In this document: one piece after another, positions 58,222 through 64,000 of the stretch
Numbering within the stretch: position 1 is the first letter of the stretch
How the letters are laid out: each line of letters starts with the position of its first letter
Assembly: GCF_009914755.1 (NCBI RefSeq)
Contig: NC_060941.1
Reading direction: 5' to 3' (one strand)
DNA length: 64,000 nucleotides
Origin: the human T2T-CHM13v2.0 reference genome, Homo sapiens
Program-made: the position numbers and the translations under genes
The notes under the pieces: model-generated
Told to the model about the DNA's origin: nothing
Seen by the model: the letters and a program-made list of their open reading frames with translations, nothing else
Database searches by the model: none

Positions 58222-58601
58222 CTATATCAAAACATTTAATGTGCCCCATATACACCTACTACGCAGCCACAAAAATTTAAAAAACTTTTTAAACAAAGGA
58301 TCGACTGAATAAGTATTTAAATCAGGGATCAGCAAACTGTTTCTGCAAAGGGTCAGATAGTATTTCCCAGTTTTTTTTTTTCTTTTTTAACTTTTATCTT
58401 AGAATCAGGGGCTACGTGTGCGGGTTTGTTACAAAGGTATATTGTGTGATGCTAAGGTTAGGAGTAGGACTGAACCTGTCACCCAGGTAGTCAGCACAGT
58501 ACCCAGTAGGTAGTTTTGCTGCCCTTGCCCCCTGTTCTCTCCCCTCTCTAGTAGTCCCCAGTGACTACTGTTCCCATCCTTATGACCATGTGTACCCAAT
58601 G

Positions 58602-58939
<338 letters not shown>

Positions 58940-58940
58940 C

Positions 58941-59231
58941 TTATTTTATTTTTTTGAGACAGTCTTGCTGTCATCCAGGCTGGAGTGCAGTGCACGATCT
59001 CGGCTCACTGCAATTTCCACCTCCTGGGTTCAAGGAACCTGCCTCAGCCTCCCGAGTAGCTGGGACTACAGGCGTGCACCATCACACCTAGCTAATTTTT
59101 GTATCTTTAATAGAGATGAGGTTTCACCATATTGGTCAGGCTGGTCTCGAACTCCTGACCTCCTCCGGCGATCCACCCACCTCAGCCTCCCAAAGTGTGA
59201 GGATTACAGGCGTGAGCCTCCGCACTTGGCC
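58941..59231 (-). mobile_element. AluS, tandem with previous
   Basis: Full antisense dimer. Confidence 0.94.
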
Positions 59232-59428
59232 CTGGTGTTTAGCTTCCGCTTATAAGTAAGAACATGTGATACTTGGTTTTCTATTTCTGTGTTCAATCAC
59301 AACCATCACAGCTACTCATTTCTGCTGCTGTGTTGCAAAAGCAGCTGCAGGGGATTCCACAGTTCATAAATGAACAGGTGCAGCTGACTTGGCCCTCAGG
59401 CTGTACTTTGCCAGCCCTCCCTCTAAAG

Positions 59429-59624
59429 CAAGCTTGTTCAACCCACGGCCCACGGGCAGCAGGTAGCCCAGGACGGCTTTGAATGTAACACAATAAAAAT
59501 TCATAAACTTTCTTAAAACATTATGAGGTTTTGTGATTTTTTTTTTTAGCTCATCAGCTATCGTTAGTATTTGTTCCTGTATTTTATGTGTGGCCCAGGG
59601 AAGCCAAAAGATTGGACACACTTG
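59429..59624. mobile_element. MER30 (hAT-Charlie)
   Basis: CCCAGGACGGCTTTGAATG, GGAAGCCAAAAGATTGGACAC; TSD CTCTAAAG/CTGTAAAG. Confidence 0.9.
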
Positions 59625-59818
59625 CTGTAAAGGATCACATCCACATGGTTTCGGGACCAATGAGGGGATAATGAAAGGAGACAGCAGGGCATCAGAGGAG
59701 ATGAGGAGGAAAGTAGGCATTGTCACCAATGACTCCTAAATCAGGAATCTGAGACGCAGAGGCCCAGCGATTTGATGGAGGGCAGTCACACCCAAGCCTC
59801 AGTGCAAATTCTCTTAGC

Positions 59819-59833
59819 AGTGCCCCCTGCTGT
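59819..59833 (-). promoter_or_regulatory. Candidate CTCF core motif
   Basis: Minus strand ACAGCAGGGGGCACT; one mismatch to CCASYAGRKGGCRSY. Confidence 0.4.
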
Positions 59834-60219
59834 GCCTTGGCAATCGTAAATAAATCAGATGTGAACGCACCACACACCCTCACATATCTGAGTTGCTTAC
59901 TTTGGCCACCCCAGCCTTCAACTAGTTCCCTTAACCCATCCTCTGCAGAGCCCACTCCCTCTCATATAAACACAGAATGCACCTAAATCAACTTCATGTC
60001 TCCTGGGGCCTCAGCCTCCTGCAGAGCCAGAGTCTCACACTACCCCGTCCTGAAGTCCTTTCAGTTTATAATGAGATGATCAGTTAACCTCGACCCAGCA
60101 TGTCTGGGGAGGAATATGTTGCTGGGAACATTCAGTTCTCACTCCCTATCCCGGTGCAATTAACCCATCAGATCTGTCCTGTTAGAAATCAATCAGCTGA
60201 GTAACTATCAAAAACTAGA

Positions 60220-60505
60220 TACGGGCACAGTGCCTCATGCCTGTAATCCAGCACTTTGAGAGGCCCAGGTGGAAGAACTGCTTGAGTCCAGGAGCTCAAG
60301 ACCAACCTGGGCAACGTAGCAAGACCCTGTCTCTACAAAAACTGAAAAAGAATTAGTCGGTCATGCTAACATGAGCTGTATCCCAGCTATTCAGGAGACT
60401 GAGGCAAGAGGATCGCGTGAGCCTGGAAGTTCAAGGCTGCAACGAACTGTGATCGTGCCACTGCACTCCAACTTGGGTGACAGAGCGAAACCCTTTCACA
60501 AAAAA
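60220..60505 (+). mobile_element. AluJ
   Basis: Diverged; GTTCAAGGCTGCA J-type right arm. Confidence 0.9.
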
Positions 60506-60679
60506 CCATGCGGATGGGCACATACAAGCAAACTGGGGCCCACGTTGCTTCACCAAGTCCCAGAGGGCCAGCTTTTGAGGCCCTTGTTCTCTTTGCTCCC
60601 AGCGTCATCTGACCCTCTGGCTGCACGTTTCTCTTGCCTCTGGACTGGACATAAGCCCCTGGCCGGCCTGCAGCAATTT

Positions 60680-61330
60680 CCTATCTCAGGTATTCGTGCG
60701 TGACATCTTCCTCTCCTGTTCAGCGCTCTCCCAATGCTGTTTCTGTAACTCCAGCCTCCATCCCGCCCCTGAGCCACTGGTTCATACTCCCAACTTCCTA
60801 GAGCCATCTCAACTCAGGTACCTCACTGTCAACCTAAACTCAACACATGCACAGTCTATCAGTCAGTGCTTGTTGAATTCATGTTTCTCCAATTAACTGT
60901 ATTCCCTTCCACGCCCATCTATCCCTCCCAAATACTGAGTTTCCATCCTACTCTGGTATGGCCTCACAGCCACTGAAGTCTGAAACCTCGGTATTGCCCT
61001 GTACTGTTTTTTCTTCCTCCATATAAGCACTCATCTGATCTTCTGCACGGTTCCTTCTTCTAAATGTCTCTCAAACATGCCTTCCTTTCCATTTTCATCA
61101 TCTCGGGCCCTCCCTGCCTTTGGGAATACTGCATTCATGTCATAGTTAGTCCCTGGGCCTTTGGTTTCTCACTCTTCCAAATTATTCTATTATCTGGTGC
61201 CAGATTAATCTACAAAAACACCACTGGATAACGTCACGACCTATGCAAAAATCCCAAACTTCTCTCTGATCCCAAGCTCAAGGGATAACACCTCACATTA
61301 GCATATACAGTTTATAATTTGGAGTATTTC
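60680..61330 (+). mobile_element. L2 fragments
   Basis: TTCTAAATGTCTCTCAAA, GCCAGATTAATCT..GGATAACGTCAC. Confidence 0.55.
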
Positions 61331-61420
61331 AATGTACCCTGTATGCCATCCGATTCTCCCCAATAACTCGTCCTTAACAAACTGCCACGTGGAACAGCAC
61401 TTCTACAACAGGGAGGAGAT

Positions 61421-61724
61421 TATTTTTATTTTTATTATTTCTTTGAGACAGGGTCTTGCTCTGTCGCCCAGGCTGGAGTGCAGTGGCGCGATCTTGGCTC
61501 ACTGCAACCCCCACCTCCAGGTTCAAGCAATTCTCGTGCCTTGGCCTCCCAAGTAGCTGGGATTACAGATGCGCACCACCACGCCCAGCTAATTTTTGTA
61601 TTTTGACTAGAGATGAGGTTTCCCCATATTGGCCAGGCTGGCTGGAACTCCTGACCTCAGGTGATCTGCCCGCTTCGGCCTTTTAAAGTGCTGGGATTAC
61701 AGGTGTGAGCCACCGTGCCCAGCC
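61421..61724 (-). mobile_element. AluSx-like
   Basis: TSD AGGAGATTA. Confidence 0.95.
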
Positions 61725-62181
61725 AAGAAGGAGATTAGAGCAAAATGAAAAGAATGAGGAATGGCGGTGCTTTCTCATCTTAGACTATGACATCATTAAC
61801 TAAGGTCAACGAGTCCAAAGAGGAGAATATAGCCATCTTGGACAGCTGGGCTCTGTCCAGCTCTAACACCAAGATGCTTTCAGACCCTGGGAAGGTTGTA
61901 ACTTCTTCAGGTCTCAGTTTTACTATCTGTATCATGGGTTAATAGTCACTATTCTGCCTATATGCTTTTCTGAAGGGAAAATACAGTACTAGATATGACA
62001 ATATGTCCAGTTTTAGAATGAACACTGTTGTAAAAAGCCACTATATCATGTTTCTTAAAGGGAGGTCCATGGATTACCTACATCAGAATCTCCTAGACAC
62101 CTGATAAAAGTAAAGATTCCTGGGTTCCACTCCAGTTCTCCTAAATGAGACTCTCAGGGTGAAGAAGTATCAGAAACTTGA

Positions 62182-62507
<326 letters not shown>

Positions 62508-63039
62508 TAATTGCATTGTTACAAAGAAGTGATTTGCTAAATGTAAGCAGTCCCCCTGAAGTGGAGAAGAGTTAAGGCAGCTGTGGCAATATTTCAGAAC
62601 CAATGAACCAAAGCTAAAACTAGTCACCTTCCCATGAGGGTCAGCCTTCAGTTGGTTCCCTGAATCAGCCAGTGTCCTGGCTCTCTGTGTGTAGGGTTTT
62701 CATCCAATTATGCTTATTCCTGCCATCTGAAGCAACACTCCATTTATTATGATCAAGAGACTCTAGCTCTCCACTTAAGCGCCTGTTAATTAAAAGAAAT
62801 GCCTGTGGCCAGAATGCAGCAAAAATTCTAGAAGCAGGTATCAGTCAACTTCTGCAAGGAGAGGTATAGAAACTTTTGCCAGAAACACACATAGCTTCTT
62901 CTTAAAATGACCTTACAAGTTAAATCACCTTCATTTAGAAGGCAAAGTGGATTGGAGGGCAGAGAGAAATGAGGGGGAAAAATGAGGCCAAAAACACCTG
63001 CAAAGAATCTGGAGCAAATGTTTCCAATTAATTCCACTG

Positions 63040-64000
<961 letters not shown>

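Overview
Primate (human-like) intronic or intergenic DNA dominated by transposable-element fossils. It contains about 43 Alu/FLAM pieces (J, S and Y types), L1 fragments from young L1PA2/3-like to old L1ME-like, L2/MIR remnants, many MaLR/ERVL solo LTRs (several with exact 5-bp TSDs), hAT and Tigger/Tc2 DNA transposons, and several STRs. I can support no protein-coding gene, RNA gene or CRISPR array. The ORF track is explained by antisense Alu translations, L1 ORF2 C-terminal remnants, low-complexity repeats and chance. I could not identify the locus, and subfamily names come from recalled consensus features, not a database search. I found no convincing new biological system. The strongest non-obvious signals are: (1) a 206-bp ~97% identical inverted duplication of a THE1/flank junction (38859-39068 vs 39623-39828); (2) a decayed RTE-like reverse-transcriptase fossil at ~35.3-36.0 kb, readable only as ordered motifs across frameshifts; (3) two more dispersed local duplications (25330/28011 and 40898/42035); (4) a probable twin-primed L1MB; (5) a ~6-kb TE-depleted block (13.3-19.4 kb) with a candidate non-coding minus-strand exon and regulatory motifs.
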